From a virus (Duplodnaviria > Caudoviricetes), in the IMG/VR virus record IMGVR_UViG_3300005805_000273, positions 1 through 32,814 of that record: a stretch of 32,814 nt of DNA, one strand, 5' to 3'. Below are positions 24,762 through 32,814 of this stretch, piece after piece (the stretch's first letter is position 1; the number at the start of each line of letters is the position of its first letter). Both the position numbers and the translations under genes were made by a program. Below the pieces are notes generated by a model, which saw only the letters and a list, made by a program, of their open reading frames with translations, ran no database searches and had not been told where the DNA came from.

Positions 24762-26333
24762 TTAGAACCCAACCTGCGATGCATTCACCTTGGAAGGGTT
24801 AAGACAAGCGTTTGGAACGCCGTTTGGACCTCTTGTGGATGAGGCAATTGGGCGAACGTAAACGTCAGAGGTGTCAGAAGGATTTGAGCCAGAGGCAATG
24901 AATGGTGTAGTGGGTGCAGTAAGTTTATTCTTAACAGCATTTCCTACAAGACCAGCACGACCAAAAGGATGAGAGAAGCTAATATCAAGTGTCGAGACGA
25001 CAGAAGGCTTACCTAACTGGTTTACAATGGCTGTAGCCACACCTTTCTTATCAGTAGCGATTGCAGGTAGCCCTGCAACAGGAACTCTTCTCCATTGAAT
25101 GGTGGATTCAAAATAAAGATCATAGGTACCCTTGACTACATTGAGTAAACTTGGTGCAGCGCCATTGAGCTTGACGAATCTCCAACCGTCAGAAGAGCTT
25201 GGTATCTTTTCTGTGGTAAGAATTCCTACCGAACCTTTGCCAGCTACCTCAGCAGCATTGAGCCCGCTGATTACATTATTTGTTCCTGAGTTTTCAGTCA
25301 CAAGAGCATTGGTCTTATCAAGAAATTTACGAGCACCTACGACACAACCGGTGTCAGCAAAATAGATTTCAAAACTTCTTTGTGTGCCTGAAGTAGCGAA
25401 TCTTCTTTGAACATAGATGTTGGCGTCTGTAAGCGCACCGTATGGTGCAACACTTGCAGCAGTTTCAGTCTTGTTGATTGCAGAACGAATCTGGCTCCAT
25501 GTCGTAAGAGTACCAGTATACATTCCTGCAACTTGGTCCTTGTTCAATGAAGGCATACATTCTTCTGAAGAAGCCTTGGACGTTGAATCAGTAATCAAAC
25601 CATATCCAGCATTGCTAGGATGACATACGCTTGTTGTGGCAAACTGAAGAGCTTGTAGCCTCTGATAGATTGATTTGGTAACAGGTACACCAAAGATAAC
25701 ACCTGAGATACCATTTATCTGTAGAGCGTTTAATTCAACAGCAGTTATAACAGGAGTATAAATCTGTGCAAACCTTGCAGGCTCAATATCAGATATTCCT
25801 ACGTCAGCAGCACCAACTGTAGTAACAGCGGTGGCAGGCATTCCAGCGTGTTCCTTGTATGCAGAGAATGCACCGGACGCTGGTTTGATTATGCCAACAG
25901 AGGCGCGAATCGTAGCATCACTGGGGTCTATCCAATTCCTAGTAATGGTTGTTCCGTCAGAAATGTTTAGAGTTTCCTGAGCACGAACAAGAGGACCTAC
26001 GCCAACACCAGAACCACCATCTGATTCTTTAAAAATTGCAATTCTCTTATTGTTTGCACCAGAGTTTACTCCACCAGTACAAAAATATAGAGCATCATTC
26101 TTTGCAGAAGAGATATACACATCGAGTGTATCTGGTTTGCAGATTACGGAACCGGGCGTAGTATTTCTCAGCAGAAGCAAAAGACCTGCGTCGTGCGCGG
26201 TTGCGCCTGACATACGAATCGTTACTTGATTCGTGGCATCTGATTCTATAAATTGAGTGGCGGGGAGTGCTGAAGTGTTAAGAGAAGTGAGAAGAAGAAT
26301 TGTGCCTAGAAATAGGCAAAGGGATTTTATCAT
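24762..26333 (-). CDS. Secreted Ala/Thr/Gly/Ser-rich protein with periplasmic-binding-protein (PstS-like) motifs
   Basis: Signal peptide; SGATA, GGSGVG, DVGISD, RRFATSGTQ, FVKLNG.AP...V.KG.YD. Confidence 0.6.
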   Translation of the reverse strand: MIKSLCLFLGTILLLTSLNTSALPATQFIESDATNQVTIRMSGATAHDAGLLLLLRNTTPGSVICKPDTLDVYISSAKNDALYFCTGGVNSGANNKRIAIFKESDGGSGVGVGPLVRAQETLNISDGTTITRNWIDPSDATIRASVGIIKPASGAFSAYKEHAGMPATAVTTVGAADVGISDIEPARFAQIYTPVITAVELNALQINGISGVIFGVPVTKSIYQRLQALQFATTSVCHPSNAGYGLITDSTSKASSEECMPSLNKDQVAGMYTGTLTTWSQIRSAINKTETAASVAPYGALTDANIYVQRRFATSGTQRSFEIYFADTGCVVGARKFLDKTNALVTENSGTNNVISGLNAAEVAGKGSVGILTTEKIPSSSDGWRFVKLNGAAPSLLNVVKGTYDLYFESTIQWRRVPVAGLPAIATDKKGVATAIVNQLGKPSVVSTLDISFSHPFGRAGLVGNAVKNKLTAPTTPFIASGSNPSDTSDVYVRPIASSTRGPNGVPNACLNPSKVNASQVGF

Positions 26334-26424
26334 AAACTAACCTCGTAAACTTGAATTGAAGTACATTCATATCTAGCCCACGATTGTTACATTTAGATTA
26401 AAATCCCTCGCTATACAGGAAATG

Positions 26425-26613
26425 TTACAAGGTTTCTTGCAATGTATGCCGCTCGACATACATCTTTTCACACATGTCCATGACCTCTTGTTTGGTCATG
26501 CCATCGAATGACTTTTTATTACCATTCAACTCCCATGCGCGATAAATTGCATCATTCACATTGGAAAAAATATCAGCAATATCTGCGCCTTGAAAAACGA
26601 CATAGACTTTCAT
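26425..26613 (-). CDS. Hypothetical protein
   Basis: Early-region ORF. Confidence 0.6.
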   Translation of the reverse strand: MKVYVVFQGADIADIFSNVNDAIYRAWELNGNKKSFDGMTKQEVMDMCEKMYVERHTLQETL

Positions 26614-26631
26614 TTATATTTCTCTCAACTT

Positions 26632-26952
26632 TCAACAGTGTTCAGAACCAGGAGGAAGCGGATAATGTTTATGAAAAACATCTTGGGCATGGTCGCGATT
26701 CAATGAGTCCTCATAAGGCGTCAGACTGGTTTTTATAAATGGCTTGAATTCTTCTTTTCTAATACACTGCTCAAATGTATTGAACATTGCATCAAACTTC
26801 AATTGATAAAGACTACTCAAACCAATAATGATGTTTAGCTTTTCATCCTCAGTAGTGCTATCCCACTTATCAAGGAGCACTTGCAAATCCTCGACGATAT
26901 GCCAACAACTCATGATTTCCTGTTCTAGGTCAAATCTATCTTTTTCTCTCAT
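26632..26952 (-). CDS. Hypothetical protein (MREKDRFDLEQEIM...)
   Basis: DRFDLEQ.IM.CW motif; start reassigned. Confidence 0.7.
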   Translation of the reverse strand: MREKDRFDLEQEIMSCWHIVEDLQVLLDKWDSTTEDEKLNIIIGLSSLYQLKFDAMFNTFEQCIRKEEFKPFIKTSLTPYEDSLNRDHAQDVFHKHYPLPPGSEHC

Positions 26953-26953
26953 G

Positions 26954-27139
26954 TTATTCCCCATTCTCTTCCCAGAAGCGACAGTAAAAATGTTCACCAA
27001 AACTTTCACGCAGTTCGGTTGGATAACCACACATCGCTAGCCAATCAAAAAATTTTTCTTTTTGATACTCTTGCGGAACCTCTCTTGGAAAACCATACTT
27101 CCATCCGCTAGGTGGGTCGCACATCAATTTATTAGTCAT
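26954..27139 (-). CDS. Hypothetical protein
   Basis: DPPSGWKYGFP motif. Confidence 0.7.
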   Translation of the reverse strand: MTNKLMCDPPSGWKYGFPREVPQEYQKEKFFDWLAMCGYPTELRESFGEHFYCRFWEENGE

Positions 27140-27158
27140 TGCAATTTTCTATAATTAA

Positions 27159-27422
27159 TTATTTCTTCGGTTCTCTAGGACCACCAACCTTATTTCGGTT
27201 AGATAATGTTACTTGGGTAGAAACTCTCCCAGTTTCATCTATTGGTAATCTTGCTCTTAATTGAGCACTAAATGCTAAGTCCTTATCAATCTTTTCCCAT
27301 AAAGTTGGTGTTTTGTGACTGCCTTTCCAACGATTTAAGGCAGCTTGTTCCTCTATCCACTTAGGGTCAGTTTCATCTATTCTATATGGCTCACCCTTTT
27401 TATTTCGATATTTCTTGTGCAT
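27159..27422 (-). CDS. Hypothetical protein
   Basis: ORF with GAGGA RBS. Confidence 0.55.
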   Translation of the reverse strand: MHKKYRNKKGEPYRIDETDPKWIEEQAALNRWKGSHKTPTLWEKIDKDLAFSAQLRARLPIDETGRVSTQVTLSNRNKVGGPREPKK

Positions 27423-27558
27423 TTTTAGTCATCCTCATTCTCGTGCATATCGCGAATAGCCCATTCCTCATATTCTTCTTTATATGCAGTATATAGTGCC
27501 CAAATCAAAAAGACCCCAAAAAGCAAAATCGTGGCAACAGCCATTCCTAAAAAAAGAA

Positions 27559-27738
27559 TCATGCGTAGTTCTTTCCTTCGTCGAAAATATCTTCATCTTC
27601 TTCTAGCAACTCAAGAATGATACCCTCAACCGACGCGAGAGAAATATTCATCTGCCCTGCAATGTATTGCATGGTTTCACCAGAAGAATAGAGGTCGAGA
27701 ATTTCTTCGAAAGCATTGAGGTCGATAACATTTTCCAT
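27559..27738 (-). CDS. Small acidic hypothetical protein (59 aa)
   Basis: Hand-translated MENVIDLNAFEEILDL...; follows a promoter. Confidence 0.6.
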   Translation of the reverse strand: MENVIDLNAFEEILDLYSSGETMQYIAGQMNISLASVEGIILELLEEDEDIFDEGKNYA

Positions 27739-27767
27739 GACAGTCTCACTTTTACTACAGAAAGAAT

Positions 27768-27796
27768 ATTGTATGCTTTTGCTGGAATGGTGTCAA
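27768..27796 (-). promoter_or_regulatory. Sigma70-type promoter
   Basis: TTGACA-N17-TACAAT. Confidence 0.8.
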
Positions 27797-27970
27797 TGAA
27801 TTTTTTAGGAATCATTTAATAAAATATTAAGAAAGTTTCCTAAAAACATTAAAGTAATTCCTAAAGAGAATTGCCAAAATTGTGTACAGTTAAAGCGAGT
27901 TCGCCAACAAAACACAACAGCGCAACTGTCACTGCGCCCCAAAATATCAACTTCAACAAACCATAACTTT

Positions 27971-28165
27971 TCATTTTACTTTTCTTCCAAAGGTATAATT
28001 ATTTTGTATTCGAATTTCTGGATTTTGAAAGGTCCAGCATTCACCGGTATCATCTAAAAAAACAACCCACTCGATATGATGTTCCTGAGACCTGTCAATA
28101 AGAAAGTATGCATATCCTTTTCCTTTAGGAGTAATGACAGGAATTGTGGGATTTAACTGAATCAA
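27971..28165 (-). CDS. Hypothetical protein
   Basis: QLNP.IPV.TPKG.G...TGECW motif. Confidence 0.7.
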   Translation of the reverse strand: MIQLNPTIPVITPKGKGYAYFLIDRSQEHHIEWVVFLDDTGECWTFQNPEIRIQNNYTFGRKVK

Positions 28166-28374
28166 TCTTTAACTTCCCATGCCCAATTAACTACAACCCA
28201 ATCATCCAGTGCATCCTCAAAAGAATAATTGGCATCCACATGTTCTTTACCAAATCGTTCACACATTCTGGAATACCAATAAGGATAGTAATTTTTTCTT
28301 ATGTCTTCTTCCGATAATGTAATCACTTCTCCCTCAAGGTCATCAGTGAATTCATTATAACTATAATATCTCAT
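28162..28374 (-). CDS. Hypothetical protein
   Basis: Coupled ORF; DDWVVVNWAWE. Confidence 0.7.
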   Translation of the reverse strand: MRYYSYNEFTDDLEGEVITLSEEDIRKNYYPYWYSRMCERFGKEHVDANYSFEDALDDWVVVNWAWEVKD

Positions 28375-28610
28375 TCTCGATGAATCTTTATTGAATTTGG
28401 AATTCGATTATGAATAAAATCAACTGCCGAATTAACAGGAATAACGATTTTATCTTTGTTATGTTCGTGCATCATCAATTTTTCAACTTTATTGTGAATG
28501 CTACCAATCATATAAAATAGATCTTGCAAAGTATCCCTCAATCCATCCAACTTCTCTTCTAGATTTCTTTCATTCCAATACTTATCACGCATAGCTACAT
28601 ATTCATTCAT
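28371..28610 (-). CDS. Hypothetical protein
   Basis: Coupled ORF. Confidence 0.6.
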   Translation of the reverse strand: MNEYVAMRDKYWNERNLEEKLDGLRDTLQDLFYMIGSIHNKVEKLMMHEHNKDKIVIPVNSAVDFIHNRIPNSIKIHRE

Positions 28611-28613
28611 ATT

Positions 28614-28958
28614 CTATTTACTCCCTACATATTTCCAATAACGGTCATCGAATTTATAATGCCCACCACGACGATAGGACAACAAACACATCTCCCAGAA
28701 TAATTCTTTCTTCTTAAGATGCCGAATCAACTCTTCATTACCTGACCAACCACCGGTGGAAATAGAATAAATCTTGACTTCTCTACCATTTGATTCCTCT
28801 ACTTCTTCTTTCCATCCCCAATCAGGTGACCACCAAAGATTCTTAACAAATACAAAAAGCCCATTGATGTTATCCATGTCCCAATTATCGATTAGGTTCA
28901 GAGCCTCTTCGGTAGGATACCCATCCTCATCGAGATACTTTTCATAATCATCATTCAT
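28614..28958 (-). CDS. Hypothetical protein
   Basis: GYPT.EAL..I, STGGWSGNE, RGGHY.F motifs. Confidence 0.7.
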   Translation of the reverse strand: MNDDYEKYLDEDGYPTEEALNLIDNWDMDNINGLFVFVKNLWWSPDWGWKEEVEESNGREVKIYSISTGGWSGNEELIRHLKKKELFWEMCLLSYRRGGHYKFDDRYWKYVGSK

Positions 28959-29220
28959 ATTTTTCTATCACCTTCAATAAGAATTTAATTCTGCTGACAC
29001 AGTTCCATCTGTCCGAAATATATTCAAGGTGTGCCCTCACATCACTATCGGGATATGAAGGTGGAAGAGCATCAACTTCTTCTGGGTCAGTGGCACGAAA
29101 CCATTCCAATCTTTTCTCAAGATGCTTTTTGCATTTCACAAAATGAAACGGATTTCCGCGACGAGAAAATCTCTTAAAGGCAAGATTGATATTACGATTG
29201 ATTTCCTGAGGTCTCATCAT
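28951..29220 (-). CDS. Hypothetical protein
   Basis: Coupled ORF. Confidence 0.55.
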   Translation of the reverse strand: MMRPQEINRNINLAFKRFSRRGNPFHFVKCKKHLEKRLEWFRATDPEEVDALPPSYPDSDVRAHLEYISDRWNCVSRIKFLLKVIEKYE

Positions 29221-29389
29221 ACAATCCAAGTTTCTGATTTATCGCAACCATCTCTTCAAGGGCAAGTTCATTCAATTCCTTAATCCGCTCACTCCGTTCT
29301 TTTTCACGAACGATAAGCCCACACAATCTCGCGTAATCTTCAGGAGATAGAATACCTTGGCACTTCGACAAAAGATCATCATAGTTCAT
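29192..29389 (-). CDS. Hypothetical protein (MNYDDLL...)
   Basis: Start reassigned to reduce overlap. Confidence 0.55.
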   Translation of the reverse strand: MNYDDLLSKCQGILSPEDYARLCGLIVREKERSERIKELNELALEEMVAINQKLGLYDETSGNQS

Positions 29390-29612
29390 CGGCTGGCTCA
29401 TATGTTTTCTCAAAAATATCTGGCTTACATGGATAGTGTTCACCGTGTACTCCTGTGATAATCCAATCACCGGGTGTTACAATATGACCTCCCTCAAGAG
29501 TATCAATCCAACCAAAATTTCCGTTGTATTGTCTCACGTTTGGATGATCACCTACTTTAAACCACTGTGTGGCTTCAATTACCACAGGCTTCTTACGAAA
29601 CTTCATCGCCAT
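29379..29612 (-). CDS. Conserved phage protein (KKPVVIEA...TLEG...PGDW...YPCKPDIF family)
   Basis: Widespread phage motif set; function unknown. Confidence 0.8.
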   Translation of the reverse strand: MAMKFRKKPVVIEATQWFKVGDHPNVRQYNGNFGWIDTLEGGHIVTPGDWIITGVHGEHYPCKPDIFEKTYEPADEL

Positions 29613-29916
29613 TCTCCAGTTTACACAATTTTTCTTCTAATCTTTCAATAAAAGATTCGGGACCAGTATCACCAGAAAGATAATAATCAATTTCGTGAGC
29701 AAAGATATAAGCCTTTCTCAGATACATCAATCCTTCTTTCATTCGATTCAGGATTTCTTCGGGTTCCTCGTGAACATAAGGAACGTATTTACCGTTATCA
29801 TCTTCTTCGCCCCAATCCTTAGGAACTTTGTTTTCGCACCTCAGAATGTACCGTTCAAGCTCATCAGCAATATGCCCCAATTCATATTGCTCATAATTAA
29901 AGTGTCCGCCGCTCAT
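29593..29916 (-). CDS. Hypothetical protein (MSGGHFNY...)
   Basis: GGAGG RBS; D.YLSGD.GPESF..RL motif. Confidence 0.7.
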   Translation of the reverse strand: MSGGHFNYEQYELGHIADELERYILRCENKVPKDWGEEDDNGKYVPYVHEEPEEILNRMKEGLMYLRKAYIFAHEIDYYLSGDTGPESFIERLEEKLCKLENGDEVS

Positions 29917-30194
29917 GTCGTCCTCCACATTTTTCTCACATGTTCCCAAGCCTTACGGTCACAGTCATGCCCGAGTGGATGAAAAGAATCTCCCCGCGCG
30001 CGAGACTCATCGTCCCGCTGAAACTCCTCTTCAATGTCGCGCTGGATGATTGTCTTGGTGTTTTCGCTGAGTTCATTCCACGAACCAAGCAAAAGATTGC
30101 AGTAGTTAGCCACAGCGTAGGTCATGCGCCCCATGTAATAGCGTGTCGCACCGACCCAAAGCGTGAGTTCATCTCGTGAATCCATTTTGTTCAT
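29913..30194 (-). CDS. Hypothetical protein
   Basis: A.RY.MGR.TY motif; ATGA overlaps. Confidence 0.7.
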   Translation of the reverse strand: MNKMDSRDELTLWVGATRYYMGRMTYAVANYCNLLLGSWNELSENTKTIIQRDIEEEFQRDDESRARGDSFHPLGHDCDRKAWEHVRKMWRTT

Positions 30195-30370
30195 GTGAAA
30201 TGCCTACGTTGCTTCATAGCAATCGAAGCCCACTTGTCAACAATGACAACGGCTTCCTCATATTCTTGTTGCGTCATGTCATTATTCATAAGCCTACGGT
30301 CCAAAGCCTCAATATGCTTTTCTACAATACGCTCAATTTCTTCTTCTGTCAAGATAGTAGTGTCACTCAT
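30191..30370 (-). CDS. Small hypothetical protein (59 aa, MSDTTILTEEEIE...)
   Basis: Hand-translated; stop codon overlaps the next ATG. Confidence 0.65.
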   Translation of the reverse strand: MSDTTILTEEEIERIVEKHIEALDRRLMNNDMTQQEYEEAVVIVDKWASIAMKQRRHFT

Positions 30371-30429
30371 TGATTGTTTTCCATTTATATTGTGAATGGA
30401 TTTTATTCATTAAATGAATTAAAGTAAAT

Positions 30430-30542
30430 AGGTATGGTTCAATTACTTGCTTTATGGAAAGAGTCCGGACTCTAACTTCAATCACAAGTAATTCCTGGGT
30501 ACTTCCCCCGCGTCACGAATACACCATAAGGTCTTCGTGCGT
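30430..30542 (-). ncRNA. Putative structured RNA directly 3' of the hammerhead
   Basis: Stems CACGAA/TTCGTG, AATTACTTG/CAAGTAATT, palindrome AGAGTCCGGACTCT, possible TTATGG/CCATAA pseudoknot. Confidence 0.45.
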
Positions 30543-30596
30543 GTCCTTGACCGAAACTAAGTTCCGGTTTCGCCCATCAGGGCTCGTCAGAAGGAC
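30543..30596 (-). ncRNA. Type I hammerhead ribozyme
   Basis: GTCCTT-CTGACGA-GCCC(TGAT)GGGC-GAA-ACCGGAAC(TTA)GTTTCGGT-C-AAGGAC: all core nucleotides, three stems, GUC cleavage triplet. Confidence 0.92.
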
Positions 30597-30644
30597 TAGT
30601 TTTTTCAAAAATTAAAGTTTTTGTTCTAGTTTTGGTTTTCATTT

Positions 30645-30869
30645 TCATGATATTTCAACACCGTAGATGATGCCGTTAAACACTCGTTCACTGTTCTTGT
30701 ACAGTGTTTTGTTGTTGGCCTCATGGTACAGGGTCATGATGATGAGCTTCTCCTCTTCCGTGAACCTAGTTTTATGTAGGGATGTATAGGGAAGGTTCAT
30801 AGAATACTTGATATCATCATCGATGGTCGTCACTCGGATGTATGGGACCTTTGCATATTTCTCGCTCAT
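30645..30869 (-). CDS. Hypothetical protein (MSEKYAKV...)
   Basis: AGGAG RBS. Confidence 0.65.
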   Translation of the reverse strand: MSEKYAKVPYIRVTTIDDDIKYSMNLPYTSLHKTRFTEEEKLIIMTLYHEANNKTLYKNSERVFNGIIYGVEIS

Positions 30870-30886
30870 GATGGCACTCCTTCTAC

Positions 30887-31276
30887 TCAAACCACTCGGT
30901 AAGGCTTGTTCCATCGCCCGATATTCACATCCACATACCAACCCACATCGAAGTAATCCGACTGAACATCGGAATTATCATGATTCCCAGCATTCATCGC
31001 GGGAAGCAATTCCTTCAGAAAGGACAGCGCCTTGCCTGAAAAATGTTCCTGATACCAGTAAGGATTCACATCCAGCGAATCAACCGCCTTGCGGTCTAGC
31101 TTTTCTGCATTCACCGCATTGAAGTTAGCGATAAAGTCAATGGGACCTTGCGTGACAGTCATCACCAGTGTAGAGTGATTACGCACGGAAAGGGAGCCCT
31201 TGACGCCGTACTTTTTCAGAACGGACTTGACCTTGGGTGCAATCTTCGCCTTTTTGTCCTGATTCATATAAGCCAT
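30887..31276 (-). CDS. Conserved early phage protein
   Basis: MAYMNQ.KK..IAP, N.D.SD...DYFDVGWY motifs; GAGG RBS. Confidence 0.75.
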   Translation of the reverse strand: MAYMNQDKKAKIAPKVKSVLKKYGVKGSLSVRNHSTLVMTVTQGPIDFIANFNAVNAEKLDRKAVDSLDVNPYWYQEHFSGKALSFLKELLPAMNAGNHDNSDVQSDYFDVGWYVDVNIGRWNKPYRVV

Positions 31277-31279
31277 GAT

Positions 31280-31651
31280 TTATACCTCTTCGCCGTTGAG
31301 AATTTTAGCAATTGTACCGTACGCAACACCATATTGATAATCCAGGAATTCATTGTCGCCGCGGGTACCGTTGATTTGATGCATAATGTCAATTGCTTCC
31401 GGAATCGAAATACTATACGCAGCACTCATTCTAGCCAGGTCTTCCTTGAAAAGGACCAGACACCTCTCTTCCATTGCCTTTTCCTCGGCAATTGCTTGGT
31501 TCAGTTCCTCTGTCAGCGAATCCCACTTCTCCTGAAGCTCATCAGGTGTCGCATTATTCACCCACTGCCAGAAACCTTCCGACGGGCGAAAACCCCTTGC
31601 GTCCTTGTGCAGGTCAGAAAAACTGCCTACGTCGTAGGTGTATTTGTTCAT
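31280..31651 (-). CDS. Hypothetical protein
   Basis: FSDLHKDA.GFRP motif. Confidence 0.75.
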   Translation of the reverse strand: MNKYTYDVGSFSDLHKDARGFRPSEGFWQWVNNATPDELQEKWDSLTEELNQAIAEEKAMEERCLVLFKEDLARMSAAYSISIPEAIDIMHQINGTRGDNEFLDYQYGVAYGTIAKILNGEEV

Positions 31652-31854
31652 ACTGCGATTCCTAGTTTCCTGAAAAGGAGTTTATCGCTAAGCCTGTTTT
31701 TAATGTCGCACCAGCCAGCGCGGACACTTTCATTTCCCCGAGTCCTGATAATTTTCGCCAATTCATCCTCGGCAATCTTCTTAGACTCGCAAATCCTATA
31801 GCATGATTCGCCATTCTGAAAGAATGCATAGGCAATGAATTCGGTCTTCTTCAC
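31648..31854 (-). CDS. Hypothetical protein (GTG start)
   Basis: GGAG upstream of GTG; ATGA overlap downstream. Confidence 0.55.
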   Translation of the reverse strand: MKKTEFIAYAFFQNGESCYRICESKKIAEDELAKIIRTRGNESVRAGWCDIKNRLSDKLLFRKLGIAV

Positions 31855-31855
31855 G

Positions 31856-32035
31856 CTACATGCTCCAGTAGGTTTCAGTAGAGGGGTCGCAAGCCATCGG
31901 GGTGTCTTCCGCAATCTCGACCATTTTTCCGGACAATAGATTCCGAACCTTTTTCATTTTAGGTTTCGCTTCGAGCGCGGCGATTTCCGCTTTGACCGCA
32001 GCAAGTTCCCGTTCAAGCAATTCGAGTTTGGTCAT
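31856..32035 (-). CDS. Small hypothetical protein (59 aa, ends CDPSTETYWSM)
   Basis: Hand-translated; fills the gap exactly. Confidence 0.7.
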   Translation of the reverse strand: MTKLELLERELAAVKAEIAALEAKPKMKKVRNLLSGKMVEIAEDTPMACDPSTETYWSM

Positions 32036-32040
32036 ATTTA

Positions 32041-32286
32041 TTAAGCAACCAGTTTTTCGAGTTCCGTTTCGACGGCTTCAATGTTCGGGTCGATTGGCCA
32101 TTTAGCCATAAATTCGAAGTCCTCAACCTCATAGATACCGAGCCCAACCATGTACTCAGCATGGGCTTCTGTCGTCTCCCACACCAGGTTCGTACCGTAC
32201 TTCTCGATAAGGTCGAATCGATTGCGGACAATGCCGTCGTAAATAATCGCGAAGGCGGTTTCGGTAGTGGCTAATGTGGTCGTCAT
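32041..32286 (-). CDS. Hypothetical protein
   Basis: First ORF after an early promoter; GAGAGAG upstream. Confidence 0.65.
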   Translation of the reverse strand: MTTTLATTETAFAIIYDGIVRNRFDLIEKYGTNLVWETTEAHAEYMVGLGIYEVEDFEFMAKWPIDPNIEAVETELEKLVA

Positions 32287-32324
32287 TTCGGCTTTCTCTC
32301 TCTCTTTTCTCAGTCTTCGAGTAT

Positions 32325-32401
32325 AGAATAATCGATTCCGAACGGCTTGTCAAGAACTAAATTTCCAATGAAATCAATGACTTACTGTAAGTGCTTGATT
32401 T
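32325..32401 (-). promoter_or_regulatory. Early promoter with upstream inverted pair of IHF-like sites
   Basis: TTGACA-N17-TATTCT (32353-32325); palindrome aaatcaatgacttactgtaagtgcttgattt at 32371-32401. Confidence 0.78.
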
Positions 32402-32450
32402 ACAAAGGAAAGAAAATTGCAAAAAAGTGTGTCAGGACTGAGAATGATTC

Positions 32451-32693
32451 TCAATAAAACTCTTCTTCCTCTACCTCTTCCTCCTCGGCTGCGCGCCGAA
32501 CGACACACTCATTTTCCTCATCGCGGAAAAGCCAAGACCCCTTCACGAATTGAGCGACCTCGTCCTCACTCATCCAGCATAGAAGTTCCTGAAGAATAAC
32601 AGAAGCATTCATATAGCCTTCATCCATGAGGGCAAAAACCCCATTGGTAAATCCACGAGTCTCGCCATAACCTACAGTGTAAATCGGTTTCAT
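32451..32693 (-). CDS. Acidic hypothetical protein (MKPIYTVG...)
   Basis: GAGG RBS; L.WMSED.V motif; Glu-rich tail. Confidence 0.7.
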   Translation of the reverse strand: MKPIYTVGYGETRGFTNGVFALMDEGYMNASVILQELLCWMSEDEVAQFVKGSWLFRDEENECVVRRAAEEEEVEEEEFY

Positions 32694-32814
32694 TTTAATA
32701 CCTCTGATTGTGCGGTCATTTATAATCACTCCTACGGAGATATTTTTGAGGCCGGTCAAAATAAGTACCATCGCCACAATTGATCTTTTCACAGAGCCAC
32801 CATGCGCTATGGCT

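Noticed and set aside
26340-26420. Pho box upstream of the PBP-like gene
   Set aside because: No convincing 11-bp-spaced CTGTCAT direct repeats.
31520-31550. CTGATGAG as a second hammerhead (also near 29860)
   Set aside because: Inside coding sequence and lacks the stem II-GAAA arrangement.
31148-31801. 217-aa + strand ORF and other + strand ORFs after 2200
   Set aside because: Shadow ORFs opposite well-supported - strand genes; no RBS or recognisable motifs.

Overview
A 32.8 kb segment of a large T4-like (myovirus-type) phage genome. One + strand virion gene (5'-truncated, C-terminal lysozyme-like domain) converges at a bidirectional terminator with a long - strand block. That block holds T4 replication/late-transcription genes (gp32, gp59, gp33, dsbA, rnh, gp45, gp1), auxiliary genes (phoH, speD, two glycosyltransferases, SleB-like hydrolase, a porin-like protein, a DUF3445-like protein, a PBP-like secreted protein), nine tRNAs, and an early region of small ORFs behind sigma70-type promoters. 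Signals missing from the ORF track: (1) a circularly permuted two-piece tmRNA with tag ANDDIYEMEYALAA, plus an ArfA-like ORF, suggesting two ribosome-rescue routes; (2) a canonical type I hammerhead ribozyme followed by an unexplained structured RNA; (3) a palindromic pair of IHF-consensus sites at fixed spacing upstream of three early promoters; (4) a T3-type SAM-lyase-like protein and a ParB-like protein with T4-style capsid-targeting N-termini; (5) both tRNA-Ile(UAU) and an Ile2-type tRNA(CAU). All protein family calls come from recalled motifs, not database searches.
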